Below, piece after piece: positions 47,136-56,264 of a stretch of 64,000 bases of DNA. Each line of letters starts with the position of its first letter. The first letter of the stretch is position 1. The stretch lies in NCBI GenBank assembly GCA_026707405.1, contig JAPOWW010000012.1, positions 43,509 through 107,508 on the forward strand, written 5' to 3'. Both the position numbers and the translations under genes were made by a program. The stretch is from Chloroflexota bacterium. GTDB taxonomy: Bacteria > Chloroflexota > UBA11872 > VXNJ01. Below the pieces are notes generated by a model. The model was not told the DNA's origin. It made no database searches and saw only the letters and a list, made by a program, of their open reading frames with translations.

Positions 47136-48176
47136 TTAGAGTGTTTCGCTGTCCTTATAGCCGCGGCGCAGCAGCTCCACCCTTGGAATCACACCGGGAT
47201 TTGCGACGTGTCGCGGCCAGTAGCCCTCAGCCATCCAGGCAATCTGCTCGACCGAGCCTTGCCCGACGCGGTTGATGGCGATATCGGTCGAGCCTCCGGC
47301 GTGCGGCGTCCAGATGACATTCGACATATTCACCAGCGGATTGTCGGGAGCGGGCGGCTCGCTTTCGAATACGTCCAGGCCGGCCCCGGCGATCCGCCCC
47401 TCGCGCAGCGCCCGGACAAGCGCCTGCTCGTCCACGACCGGCCCCCGGGCGACGTTGATCAGCACCGCCGTAGGCTTCATCAGCCCGATAAGCGACTCGT
47501 CGACGAAATGATGCGTGGCGTCGGTTAGCGGCAGATGCAGCGAAACGATATCCGCCTCTCGAAACGCCTCTTCGAGACCAACCCTGCGAACTCCGTGCGA
47601 GGTCACTTCCCATTCAGACACGGTGGGTGCGTAGGCGATGCAGGTGGTCCCAAACGCCTGTGCGCGTGCTGCAACCGCGCGGGCGATCCGCCCGAAACCG
47701 ATAAGCGCCAGGACGCTGCCGCGCATGTCTCCCAGGTGATCGACCGCGCCCTCCCAGTCACTGATAGTCCGCCTGCCCTGACGCCATTGTTCGATGGCCT
47801 GGGGAACTCGGCGAACCGCCCCCAGAATCAGGAACATCACGATATCGGCGGTCTGCTCCGTCGCAAACGCCGGTAGATGTCCCACCACGACACCGGCCTC
47901 GGTGGCCGCTCCCAGGTCGACGTGATCGACGCCAACCGTCGGTGCCAACACGCCGACGAGATCAGGCAACCGGTCGAACGGCGTGAGCCTGTAAGGGCAG
48001 TGGGTCCATACGACTCCGTGAAAGCCGGACAAGATATCCACGGCTTCGTCATCGGAGGTTGGTACCTCCACGACCTCCACCTCGACTCTGGTGGATTCGA
48101 GCTCCGTCTTATGGCGGAGCACCGAGTCATATCTGGCGCCCTTGGTCAGCGCAACGCGAAATGGCTTGCTACTCAT
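47136..48176 (-). CDS. D-isomer-specific 2-hydroxyacid dehydrogenase
   Basis: Motifs LALIGFGRIARAVAARA, INVARGPVVD, GAGLDVFESEP and WTPHAGG. The ATG overlaps the upstream MoaD-like ORF by 8 nt. Confidence 0.85.
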   Translation of the reverse strand: MSSKPFRVALTKGARYDSVLRHKTELESTRVEVEVVEVPTSDDEAVDILSGFHGVVWTHCPYRLTPFDRLPDLVGVLAPTVGVDHVDLGAATEAGVVVGHLPAFATEQTADIVMFLILGAVRRVPQAIEQWRQGRRTISDWEGAVDHLGDMRGSVLALIGFGRIARAVAARAQAFGTTCIAYAPTVSEWEVTSHGVRRVGLEEAFREADIVSLHLPLTDATHHFVDESLIGLMKPTAVLINVARGPVVDEQALVRALREGRIAGAGLDVFESEPPAPDNPLVNMSNVIWTPHAGGSTDIAINRVGQGSVEQIAWMAEGYWPRHVANPGVIPRVELLRRGYKDSETL

Positions 48177-48480
48177 TTGGGGTAAATCTCGCCGAATTTG
48201 ACGACGGTCCGCTCAATCCGCCCCCGGCCATCGCGGGGATGAAATGGACCCGCGTCTCCCTTTTGACTCTCGCCCGGAGACCGGAGCGGTTGCTGACGCC
48301 GTCAACGAACACCTGCATCCCGGGACGGAGCTTTCCGTCTTTCAGCAGCCGTTCCCTGAATCCCGGATGTTTCGCTTCCATTGCTTCGATCACCTCACGC
48401 ACGTTATCTCCGGCCGCGTCGATCCGCGCCGCGCCTCCGGTTAGCTCCCGCATGGCTGACGGGACATGCACGACCGCCAC
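48169..48480 (-). CDS. CysO/MoaD/ThiS-family beta-grasp (ubiquitin-like) protein with a 16-residue extension after Gly-Gly
   Basis: GTG start with AAGGAG 7 nt upstream. MAVVHVPSAMRELTGG...VHFIPAMAGG follows the sulfur-carrier pattern. The ORF then continues as GLSGPSSNSARFTPNE before TAG. Confidence 0.7.
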   Translation of the reverse strand: MAVVHVPSAMRELTGGAARIDAAGDNVREVIEAMEAKHPGFRERLLKDGKLRPGMQVFVDGVSNRSGLRARVKRETRVHFIPAMAGGGLSGPSSNSARFTPNE

Positions 48481-48653
48481 TATGCGACTCCTTATTGCTA
48501 GCGACCTTTTCGATAGATTACGCGATCCGCTCGCTCGGGCCTTATATCGGCCGGAGTCGCGATCCCCTCGTCACTCGCTCAGGTAAACATCATGCTCGAC
48601 AACCAACCGCAAGACCGAGACCGCACCCCCGTGTGACCTTTCAAACCGTCACA

Positions 48654-49874
48654 TCAATTAGCGGCGTTGTCAAAGTCGAGTCCATAACGCTGTACGATCA
48701 GATCGACGTTACGTTCCGAAAACTGGCGCACGGCAAACGCTCGCGCACTGGTGCGTAGCGGAGACAGGCTCTCACGTTCGGACAGCATCCCTCTCACAGC
48801 CGTTTCAAAAGCATCGACGGTCGGCTCCACCAACCGGCCGTTCTCAGGCGTAACCGTTTCCCGCAGACCGCCCAAATCACTCGCGACAACCGGCGTGCCG
48901 GCGGCGCTGCTCTCCAGGACCACGAGCCCCGCAGCCTCGTCGTACTGCGAAGGCACCAACAGTAGATCGGCGGCCGCATACATTCCTGCGATTGTCTTTA
49001 GGCGATCATTTTCAGGACCGCCCGGGTCCCGCATCAAGTCGAGATTGGCAATCGACGCCGCCGCGTCGACGACTTCATAGTCCATGTCGCCTTCAGCTCC
49101 CAGTATCCTGAAACTCACGTCCGGCATCCGCCGGGCAAGCTCAAGCACGACTTCGACGCCCTTCTTGCGTAGCAGCCGCCCCACAAACAAGCAGGTCGGA
49201 GCCGACGGCTCCCAGCCCAGACTCGCGCGCGCCTCGGCTCTGCTGCGCGCCGGCCTGAATACGTCGACGTCGACCCAGTGGCGATAGACGCCCACCCCTA
49301 CTGGATCCAGTCCAATTCCCACCAGCTCCCGGCGCGACGCCTCACTCACCGCCAGCGTTTGGTCCACACGCCCGAGCAACATCCTCACCGCTCTGGCGAG
49401 CGGTGAGCGCCCCGTGAGACCGTATACGGCGTGAGTGCTGACCGTGATCGGCTGACGCAGGCCAGTCCACCGCAGTCCCAGGGCGACAACGGCGGCGGCG
49501 AACCCATGCGCGTGGATTACATCGAAATCGGTCTTCTCCATAATCCGATATCGGATGGCGCCCGCCAGCAGTCCGGGAACCAGGTAGGCGAAGTTGAGCG
49601 GCGCGTACGGTTCGATGCGCGGATGCCAGCCCCGCCCGAACCACGGAATACGGATAACCTCGCCATTCGGGAGCGGTTCGCGCGCTGCGGCTTTGACGGG
49701 GGAAACGAGCGGCTGATACGTAAGCAGAGTTACAAGTATGTTCCGCCTCGCCAGCGCGACGATAAGCCGATCGATGTGCGTCTCCGCCCCGCCGCGGTTG
49801 GGCGAGGCGAACGGCGTCAGCATAAGCACGCGCCGCGGCTTGCGCGACCTCTGGCTATTCGCCTCGACGGGCAT
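48654..49874 (-). CDS. Glycosyltransferase family 4 (GT-B fold)
   Basis: N-terminal GGAETHI and the C-terminal E-x7-E region YDEAAGLVVLESSAAGTPVVASDLGGLRE. Confidence 0.85.
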   Translation of the reverse strand: MPVEANSQRSRKPRRVLMLTPFASPNRGGAETHIDRLIVALARRNILVTLLTYQPLVSPVKAAAREPLPNGEVIRIPWFGRGWHPRIEPYAPLNFAYLVPGLLAGAIRYRIMEKTDFDVIHAHGFAAAVVALGLRWTGLRQPITVSTHAVYGLTGRSPLARAVRMLLGRVDQTLAVSEASRRELVGIGLDPVGVGVYRHWVDVDVFRPARSRAEARASLGWEPSAPTCLFVGRLLRKKGVEVVLELARRMPDVSFRILGAEGDMDYEVVDAAASIANLDLMRDPGGPENDRLKTIAGMYAAADLLLVPSQYDEAAGLVVLESSAAGTPVVASDLGGLRETVTPENGRLVEPTVDAFETAVRGMLSERESLSPLRTSARAFAVRQFSERNVDLIVQRYGLDFDNAAN

Positions 49875-49976
49875 ATTTACATACGCGCGGACGGCCCGCG
49901 CGGCGATTCAGGAGTCGCGCTTACGATTAGCTCCCGCATGACTGAGGCGACTAGGTCCGCAGCCAGCGGCTGACTT

Positions 49977-52313
49977 CTATCCGCCGTTTTCCGAGATCGC
50001 CAGGCTGACCTTGTGCGGCGCCATGGGCAGATCTCGCATCCGCACTCCAACCGCATCGTAGATCGCGTTCGCAATCGCCGCCGGAGGCGGGACGATCGGG
50101 ACTTCTCCAACGCCGCGGACGCCATACGGATGATCGGGATTCGGCACCTCGACGATGATAGTGTCGACCATCGGCAGGTCCAGAGTCGTCGGCATTCGAT
50201 AGTCCAGCAGGCTCGCGTTGCGCAGGCAGCCGTCGGAGTCGTAGAAATACTCCTCGTTCAGCGCCCAGCCGATCCCCTGCACCACGCCGCCTTGCATCTG
50301 CCCTTCAACATAGGGCGGATAGATCGCGATTCCCGCGTCCTGGACAGCCGTGTATCGCAGAACCTCTACCTTGCCGGTCTCTTCGTCGACCTCCACGTCG
50401 GCTACGTGCACCGCGAAAGCACCGCCCTCTCGTTCCGGCGTCACGCTGGCGGTGGCGACGACCTCGATGTTGTTTTCGTTGAGGATGGCGGCGGCCTCTT
50501 TGAGCGTCGCGGTCGTTCCGTTAGCGGAATAGGTCCCATTTTCGAATACGATTGCGTCAACCGGCTCCTCCCACGCTTCCGCCAGTCCCGTGATGATCTG
50601 TCGGATCATTTCCTGCGCGACCTCGAAGCTCGCCTGGCCGGTGCAGTAGGTGACCCGGCTGCCGCCGGTGACGTCGGTGTATCCGACCGAATCGGTATCG
50701 GCAACGATGGGATTTACGTCTTCCACGGGGATGCCGAGGGGTTCGGCAAGCTGCATCGCCACCGAGGTGCGCGTGCCGCCAATGTCGGTCGATCCCTGTG
50801 TCAAGGTAACCGTGCCGTCGGGATTCAGCCGGCCTGTGGCCGAGGAAGTACCGCCCCAGTTGAACCAGAAACCGGAGGCGAATCCACGCCCCCGCTTCTT
50901 GCCGGGAGCCAGCTCCAGTGGCGTCTGCCAATGCTCGGAGTCTCGCGCGGCCTCCACGCACTCGATATTGCCGACAGGCGGATAGATCAGTCCGTCGGCC
51001 CGCAGCGTGCCTTCCTGAGAGGCGTTACGAAGCCGAAACTCGACCGGATCCATTTCCAGCGCTTCGCACATCTCGTCGACGACGGCCTCGACCGCAAATT
51101 CAGTGATCGTCGCGCCGGGCGCCCGGTACGCGTGCGACTTCGGCTTGTTGACGACAACGTCGAAACCGTCGACCCGGAAGTTCGTCAGCTTGTAGGGCGC
51201 GAAGGCGCACTTGCAGCCCGCATCGAGAGGCGAGCCAGGATACCCCCCGGCCTCGAAGGCGATCCACGTCTCGAGCGCGGTGATATCGCCGGCGTTGGTG
51301 GAACCGATCTTCACCCGCACGTAGGCGCCAGGAGTTGGGCCTGTGGCCTTGAGGACTTCCGCGCGGTCCATTGTCATCTTGATCGGCCGCCCGCTCTTCC
51401 GGGAAAGCAGGGCGGCGAGCGGCTCAAGATATACGGTCGTCTTGCCGCCAAAGCCACCACCGATCTCGGCAGGTATGACTTTTATCTTGAATATCGGTAC
51501 TTGAAGCAGATCGCTCAGCTCGGACCGCACACTGAACGAGCCTTGGGTGGAGCACCAGACTTTGATGTAGCCGTCGGCTCCCCACACGGCCGTGGCGTTG
51601 TGCGTCTCGATGTAGCCCTGGTGAACTGTGGCGGTGGTGAACTCCCGCTCGATCACGACGTCGGCCGCGGCGAAACCCGCGTCCATGTCGCCTTCGGCGT
51701 AGATGATGTGCTGGGCCACGTTGCTGGGCGCGTCGGCCTTGGCACCGCCCGTATCCATAAACAAGTCGTTGTGGAGCAACGGCGCGCTCGGCTCCATGGC
51801 CTTGAGCACGTCCAGCACCGGTTCAAGCACTTCGTATTCGACCTTGATATGGCGCAGCGCCTCGTCAGCGGTGTGAAAGTCTACGGCGGCTACCGCCGCG
51901 ACCGCGTGCCCGTCGTAAAGGACCTTGTCACGGGCGAGCATGTTGGCGCTCTTGTGCGCGATGTTTTGCTGCTCTCCGCCTTCGCCGCCGCCGGTCTCGC
52001 CCTCGGCCGGCTCCGGCATATCGTCGCTGGTGATTACCGCGAACACACCCGGCAGCTCCTCCGCGCCGCTCGTGTCGATCGACAGCACGCGGGCATGCGC
52101 ATGGGGACTGCGGAGGACCTTGCCGTAAAGAGTCCCAGGCAGGGCCACGTCGGCCCCGTACTGGGCGCGTCCGGTCACCTTGTCCACGCCATCATGGCGT
52201 ACGGGACTTGTGCCTATTACCTTAAAGTCGCCTGTTTGAACTACCATCAGCCAACTTCTCCTGTTTTCCCGGCGGGCCGTCGCACCGGGGGCCGACTGCA
52301 CGCTATCGCTCAA
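49977..52313 (-). CDS. Xanthine dehydrogenase/aldehyde oxidase-family molybdopterin-binding large subunit
   Basis: 778 aa. N-terminal VIGTSPVRHDGVDKVTGRAQYGADV and LRSPHAHARVLSID, with family pattern throughout. Confidence 0.9.
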   Translation of the reverse strand: MSDSVQSAPGATARRENRRSWLMVVQTGDFKVIGTSPVRHDGVDKVTGRAQYGADVALPGTLYGKVLRSPHAHARVLSIDTSGAEELPGVFAVITSDDMPEPAEGETGGGEGGEQQNIAHKSANMLARDKVLYDGHAVAAVAAVDFHTADEALRHIKVEYEVLEPVLDVLKAMEPSAPLLHNDLFMDTGGAKADAPSNVAQHIIYAEGDMDAGFAAADVVIEREFTTATVHQGYIETHNATAVWGADGYIKVWCSTQGSFSVRSELSDLLQVPIFKIKVIPAEIGGGFGGKTTVYLEPLAALLSRKSGRPIKMTMDRAEVLKATGPTPGAYVRVKIGSTNAGDITALETWIAFEAGGYPGSPLDAGCKCAFAPYKLTNFRVDGFDVVVNKPKSHAYRAPGATITEFAVEAVVDEMCEALEMDPVEFRLRNASQEGTLRADGLIYPPVGNIECVEAARDSEHWQTPLELAPGKKRGRGFASGFWFNWGGTSSATGRLNPDGTVTLTQGSTDIGGTRTSVAMQLAEPLGIPVEDVNPIVADTDSVGYTDVTGGSRVTYCTGQASFEVAQEMIRQIITGLAEAWEEPVDAIVFENGTYSANGTTATLKEAAAILNENNIEVVATASVTPEREGGAFAVHVADVEVDEETGKVEVLRYTAVQDAGIAIYPPYVEGQMQGGVVQGIGWALNEEYFYDSDGCLRNASLLDYRMPTTLDLPMVDTIIVEVPNPDHPYGVRGVGEVPIVPPPAAIANAIYDAVGVRMRDLPMAPHKVSLAISENGG

Positions 52314-52454
52314 AGCTGTATAGGATGATACCGATTTCCGCGCCTCGATGAAGTGGTCGACGCGCCGATTTCAGCCCTTGGAGAATGAATCCAACCCCAG
52401 TCACTCGTGGGCGACGGGTTCATCAAACCCAAAACCCGCGCCGCACGCAGGCGG

Positions 52455-53654
52455 CTAGTTCCGGTACGCCCCGGCCACCTTGGCCACAATCGCCGCCATG
52501 TCCTCGATATCGGCGTCAGAGTATTTGTCGGTCCACGGCCATCGGACCGTATTCGAGAGGTGCTCGCGGGCGTTCGGCAGGCTCTCCAGAATGGCTTCGC
52601 GGTCCTCCATGAACGTGTGGCTGTACGGAATCAGGTAATACATCGCGGGACCGCACCTTAGCCCCTCGGCGTTGAGAGCGTCGATGAACTCCCCCGTGTC
52701 GACCCGAAACGCCTCGGTCGCTATCCGGAAGTGGTAGAGCCAGTGGACGTGCGACGTGTTCGACGGAACGAATGGAGGCGTTATCCCGTCGATTTCCTCC
52801 AGCTTGGCCGAGAGTCTCTTCGCCAGCTCGACGCGCTTGCGGTTCTGCTCCGGCACGGCCGGAAGCTGCGCCAGCCCCACCGCAGCTTCGAGGTGCCCGT
52901 ATCGAAAGGCGTGGCCGATAGTCTCGTGCACTCGCGTCCCGCGCTCGGCGGGACGCGCTCCGCGGTCGTGCGCGATGTATCGAATCGCGCGGGCAAGGTC
53001 GCCGTCGTCGGTGATTGCCATCCCGCCGTGATCTGTCGAGATATGTTTCTCCGCCTCGAAGGAATAACACCCCACGTCGCCGATGGTTCCCGCCGTCCGC
53101 GTCCCGTAAGTCGCGAACGGAGCCTGACAGACGTCCTCAATCAACAGGACATCATGTTTTCGCGCCAGCTCGACAATAGGGTCCATATCACAGACATGAC
53201 CGTACATGTGCACGGCGATGATGGCTTTCGTGCGCGGGGTAATGACCTTTGCGATCTCTTTGGCGGTTATCAGCCCCGTCCGCACGTCCACGTCCGGGAA
53301 AACGGCCTTCGCGCCCTGCACGAAGATGCCCTTCACCGACCCGTAATCCGTTATGGGACTTGCAATGACCTCGTCTCCAGGCCCCACGCCGACCGCGGCG
53401 AGAACGGCGTGCAGCGCATCGGTGCAGTTCGACAGAGCCACCGCGTGCTTGGTGCCCATCGCCCGGGCGAACGCTCGCTCGTATTCCCCGATCATGTCGA
53501 GGGTAAACCCGCTATCGAGCAGCCTCGCGACGTTCTCCTTGGCGGCCGGAGCTATGGCCCGCGGAAAGACGAGGGGGATAGGATCGTCCGCGCCGCGCAC
53601 CGGTTCTCCACCGTGGATGGCAAGCTCGCCTGACCGGACCTCGGTAATAGCCAC
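52455..53654 (-). CDS. DegT/DnrJ/EryC1/StrS-family PLP aminotransferase (paralogue 1)
   Basis: LAIHGGEPVR opening, GVGPGDEV, and PLP-lysine context SFEAEKHISTDHGGM. GTG start with GGGAG upstream. Confidence 0.9.
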   Translation of the reverse strand: MAITEVRSGELAIHGGEPVRGADDPIPLVFPRAIAPAAKENVARLLDSGFTLDMIGEYERAFARAMGTKHAVALSNCTDALHAVLAAVGVGPGDEVIASPITDYGSVKGIFVQGAKAVFPDVDVRTGLITAKEIAKVITPRTKAIIAVHMYGHVCDMDPIVELARKHDVLLIEDVCQAPFATYGTRTAGTIGDVGCYSFEAEKHISTDHGGMAITDDGDLARAIRYIAHDRGARPAERGTRVHETIGHAFRYGHLEAAVGLAQLPAVPEQNRKRVELAKRLSAKLEEIDGITPPFVPSNTSHVHWLYHFRIATEAFRVDTGEFIDALNAEGLRCGPAMYYLIPYSHTFMEDREAILESLPNAREHLSNTVRWPWTDKYSDADIEDMAAIVAKVAGAYRN

Positions 53655-53783
53655 TGCTTCACTCCCACGGCCCCGCGAACATCAGGGCCCAACCTCACCT
53701 GGAAACTTCTAACCAGCCCCGAAAGTCTAGCCCGCTTTCAAATCGCCAGTCGGAGATTCGACCGAATTGCGATGAAGTAGTAG

Positions 53784-53803
53784 GGGCGGTTCGCGAACCG
53801 CCC
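53784..53803. repeat. Perfect 20-nt palindrome GGGCGGTTCGCGAACCGCCC (preceded by GTA)
   Basis: Read directly. Related copies lie at 12886-12903 and 36711-36737, and the head motif GTAGGGGCGG also appears at 7801-7836 on the minus strand. Confidence 0.65.
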
Positions 53804-53843
53804 AGCTGCGGGGATGGTCCGTAACAGAACGATAAATCGGTTT

Positions 53844-54758
53844 CTACGCTCCCGAGCTTGGAGAGCTTTGAAGGACTCGTTCGTAAATCTGGCGTGTCTT
53901 GTCCAGCCAGTCGGACATCTCATCCCAATTGGCCCGATCGCGCGAATCGATCCGAAGAGAAGTACTACATGCGTGATTGTTGACGTTCTGTCTGAGTTTC
54001 TTGCCTCCCAACGCCGCCTCAAGGGCGGATACGTAGGGCTCGACTCGGGGGAAATATTCCTCGAAGCGATCGCTGAGTTCCTTTCCCGTTACGTAAACGC
54101 CGACTCCGTATTGTGCTAGGAACTGGGTGATCTTCAGGTCCAGTTCTTCAATATCGTGAGAATTAGTCGGTAAAGCGAGATCAGGCCACATAATCCCAGG
54201 ATCCGGTTGCCGCCTTGCATAATGCTCCCAGAAATCGCGCCTGAATTTGCCAATCTCGCTCAGCCCGCTCACCGTTCTCTTGGTGACCTGACGGTCCCAC
54301 TCGTTGGGTCGTTCGAGCACATCGAAGATCGGCGCGGGTAGCGAGTCTCCGATACGCACCGCGCGAACCCTCACTGCGAAGAACGCGAATGGATCGACCG
54401 TATGTTCGTTCAGCCAGCGGATCGCCGAGAGGATTTCTTCATTGAATCCGGCGGCAACCCATACGACGATCTTTGCGTCTAGGCCCGCTAGATAGACCTG
54501 AGCCTGTCCCAAATGCTGGAGATTAGCGTGTTCCAACTGGTTTTCTATCAACACGCGAGTGCCCTCTCCAGTGACCTCGGCGACGATGTCGGCCCGGTAC
54601 GCACCGACTCCCACTTCCTTGTCTTGGAATTCCAAATCGACGTTCAGAGCCTTCGAAAGAACCTCCAGATTGTCCGCGTGCCACGGCGTGAAGTCATTCG
54701 CCTCCTTCGGCCATATACAGCGGATGTCCACGTCGACGAGTTCGCCTAACTCAGTCAT
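53844..54758 (-). CDS. PD-(D/E)xK nuclease-like N-terminal module fused to a DUF4268-like C-terminal domain
   Basis: N-terminal pattern WPKEANDFTPW...GAYRADIVAEV...VLIENQLEHANLQHLGQAQVYLAG...VWVA. C-terminal FRRDFWEHY... and ...RIDSRDRANWDEMSDWL. SD AAGAGGG upstream of ATG 54758. By eye the G+C is lower than in the neighbours. Confidence 0.68.
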   Translation of the reverse strand: MTELGELVDVDIRCIWPKEANDFTPWHADNLEVLSKALNVDLEFQDKEVGVGAYRADIVAEVTGEGTRVLIENQLEHANLQHLGQAQVYLAGLDAKIVVWVAAGFNEEILSAIRWLNEHTVDPFAFFAVRVRAVRIGDSLPAPIFDVLERPNEWDRQVTKRTVSGLSEIGKFRRDFWEHYARRQPDPGIMWPDLALPTNSHDIEELDLKITQFLAQYGVGVYVTGKELSDRFEEYFPRVEPYVSALEAALGGKKLRQNVNNHACSTSLRIDSRDRANWDEMSDWLDKTRQIYERVLQSSPSSGA

Positions 54759-54795
54759 TGTCGAACCCTCTTATCGGCCGCAGTGCGCCACACAT

Positions 54796-56013
54796 CTACT
54801 CTCTCAGTCCCTCCGCGACCTTCGCTATCGCGGCGGCCATGTCCCTGATGTCGTCTTCCGAATAGGCTTCGTTCAGCGACACGCCCACCATCCGCCCCAT
54901 CATTTCTTCGGTCACCGGGCACGCGCCTTCGGCGTAGTTGAACTCGTGGTCGGTGAACTCGCTCGTGAACGGGAAGTGCGAGTCGCCAAAATAGTTCTTC
55001 TCGCGGAGCGCCTGCGAGCACAGGTAGATCGGCCTGCCGATGTAAGCCTGCGTGCTCGCCACACCCTCCGCAATCAATGCCCTCGCAAACTCCAGCGCGT
55101 CGAAGCCGGGCGTCCTAAGCGGATACGTCCAGTAGCCGTGCTCCGAGCCGGGCGTTACCGCTACCGGTTCGAGTCCGGGAATGTCGCTTATCAGGCTGGT
55201 GAGCAGCTCGCCAAGCTTCTGCCTGCGCAGGACGACGCCGCGCAGCTTCGGGATCTGCGCCAGTCCCACCGCCGCGGTGAGCTCGTTCATGCGGTAGGTC
55301 GGAGCCAGGAAATCGTACTCGCGGTGACCGACTTCGGTGGAGACGACCGCCTTGTTCATGAACAGCCTCATGCGCTCGGCATAGCCGTCGTTTTCGGTAA
55401 TAGTCATGCCGCCGTCGCCGGTCGTCATGAACTTGCTCTGTTGCAGGCTGAAACAGCCTATGTCTCCATAGGTCCCGATGTACCGCCCGTTGAGCTTGAT
55501 CGCGTGGGACTGGCTGCAATCCTCTATGAGGGTCACGCCGTGCCGTTTGGCCACGTCGGCCATGGCGGCGATGTCGGCGGCGTTTCCGAACAGGTGCACG
55601 ACGACGATGGCGCGGGTGCGGTTGGTGATCTTTCTTTCGACGTCGGCGGGGTCCATGTTGAACGTTGCCGGGTCGATGTCGGCGAAAACCGGAATCGCCG
55701 TTTGCAGCATTATCGCGGTGATAGTCCCCACGTCGGTTATGGGCGCCGTGATGATTTCGTCGCCCGGATCGGGGTCAATTGCTCCGATAGCTACGTGAAG
55801 CGCCGCCGATCCCGAAGTGGAGCTGACGGCGTGCTTCGCCCCGTAAAACCCCGCAAACTCGCGCTCGAACTTTTCCACGAAGCTACCCATGTACAAGCTC
55901 TGCGTACCCAGCGCGGCTACGACCAGCCGCTCCTCCTCTTCCCCGAACGGCTCCCTGTTGGGAAATGGCTGCTTCCTAAGCGGCTCTCCGCCGTGAATTG
56001 CTAGTTTCGACAT
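54796..56013 (-). CDS. DegT/DnrJ/EryC1/StrS-family PLP aminotransferase (paralogue 2)
   Basis: LAIHGGEPLR opening and PLP-lysine context SLQQSKFMTTGDGGM. SD GGAGGGGGA upstream of ATG 56013. Confidence 0.9.
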   Translation of the reverse strand: MSKLAIHGGEPLRKQPFPNREPFGEEEERLVVAALGTQSLYMGSFVEKFEREFAGFYGAKHAVSSTSGSAALHVAIGAIDPDPGDEIITAPITDVGTITAIMLQTAIPVFADIDPATFNMDPADVERKITNRTRAIVVVHLFGNAADIAAMADVAKRHGVTLIEDCSQSHAIKLNGRYIGTYGDIGCFSLQQSKFMTTGDGGMTITENDGYAERMRLFMNKAVVSTEVGHREYDFLAPTYRMNELTAAVGLAQIPKLRGVVLRRQKLGELLTSLISDIPGLEPVAVTPGSEHGYWTYPLRTPGFDALEFARALIAEGVASTQAYIGRPIYLCSQALREKNYFGDSHFPFTSEFTDHEFNYAEGACPVTEEMMGRMVGVSLNEAYSEDDIRDMAAAIAKVAEGLRE

Positions 56014-56264
56014 TAGGTTATCCCCCTCCCCGCGGCGGACTTACGCCGCCGGATCGAGCACCGTTGTGAGCGACGGCCGGACCCGGCCCGGCCGCGCCCC
56101 CGCAAAGCATAAACGGCGATTCGCGGCATCTGAAAATCGGACATCTAGTTGGCTGCTACGCAACCTCGGTAAACCCCACCGGCGCAACAATTCGCGATGT
56201 GTGTTATCAATGGGCGCGAATTAGGGCGGCGGAGACGGTCTGCGCACGGATTTGGAGGAGTAGG

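Noticed and set aside
50013-52328. 771-aa ORF on the plus strand, antisense to the xanthine-dehydrogenase-family gene
   Set aside because: It is a typical high-GC shadow ORF. The translation is Arg/Gly/His/Asp-rich with no recognisable motifs, whereas the minus-strand frame has an unambiguous family signature over its whole length.
54559-56004. 481-aa plus-strand ORF overlapping the DUF4268-like gene and DegT paralogue 2
   Set aside because: It is an antisense shadow ORF spanning two real minus-strand genes. It has no motifs and an Arg/His/Val-rich translation.
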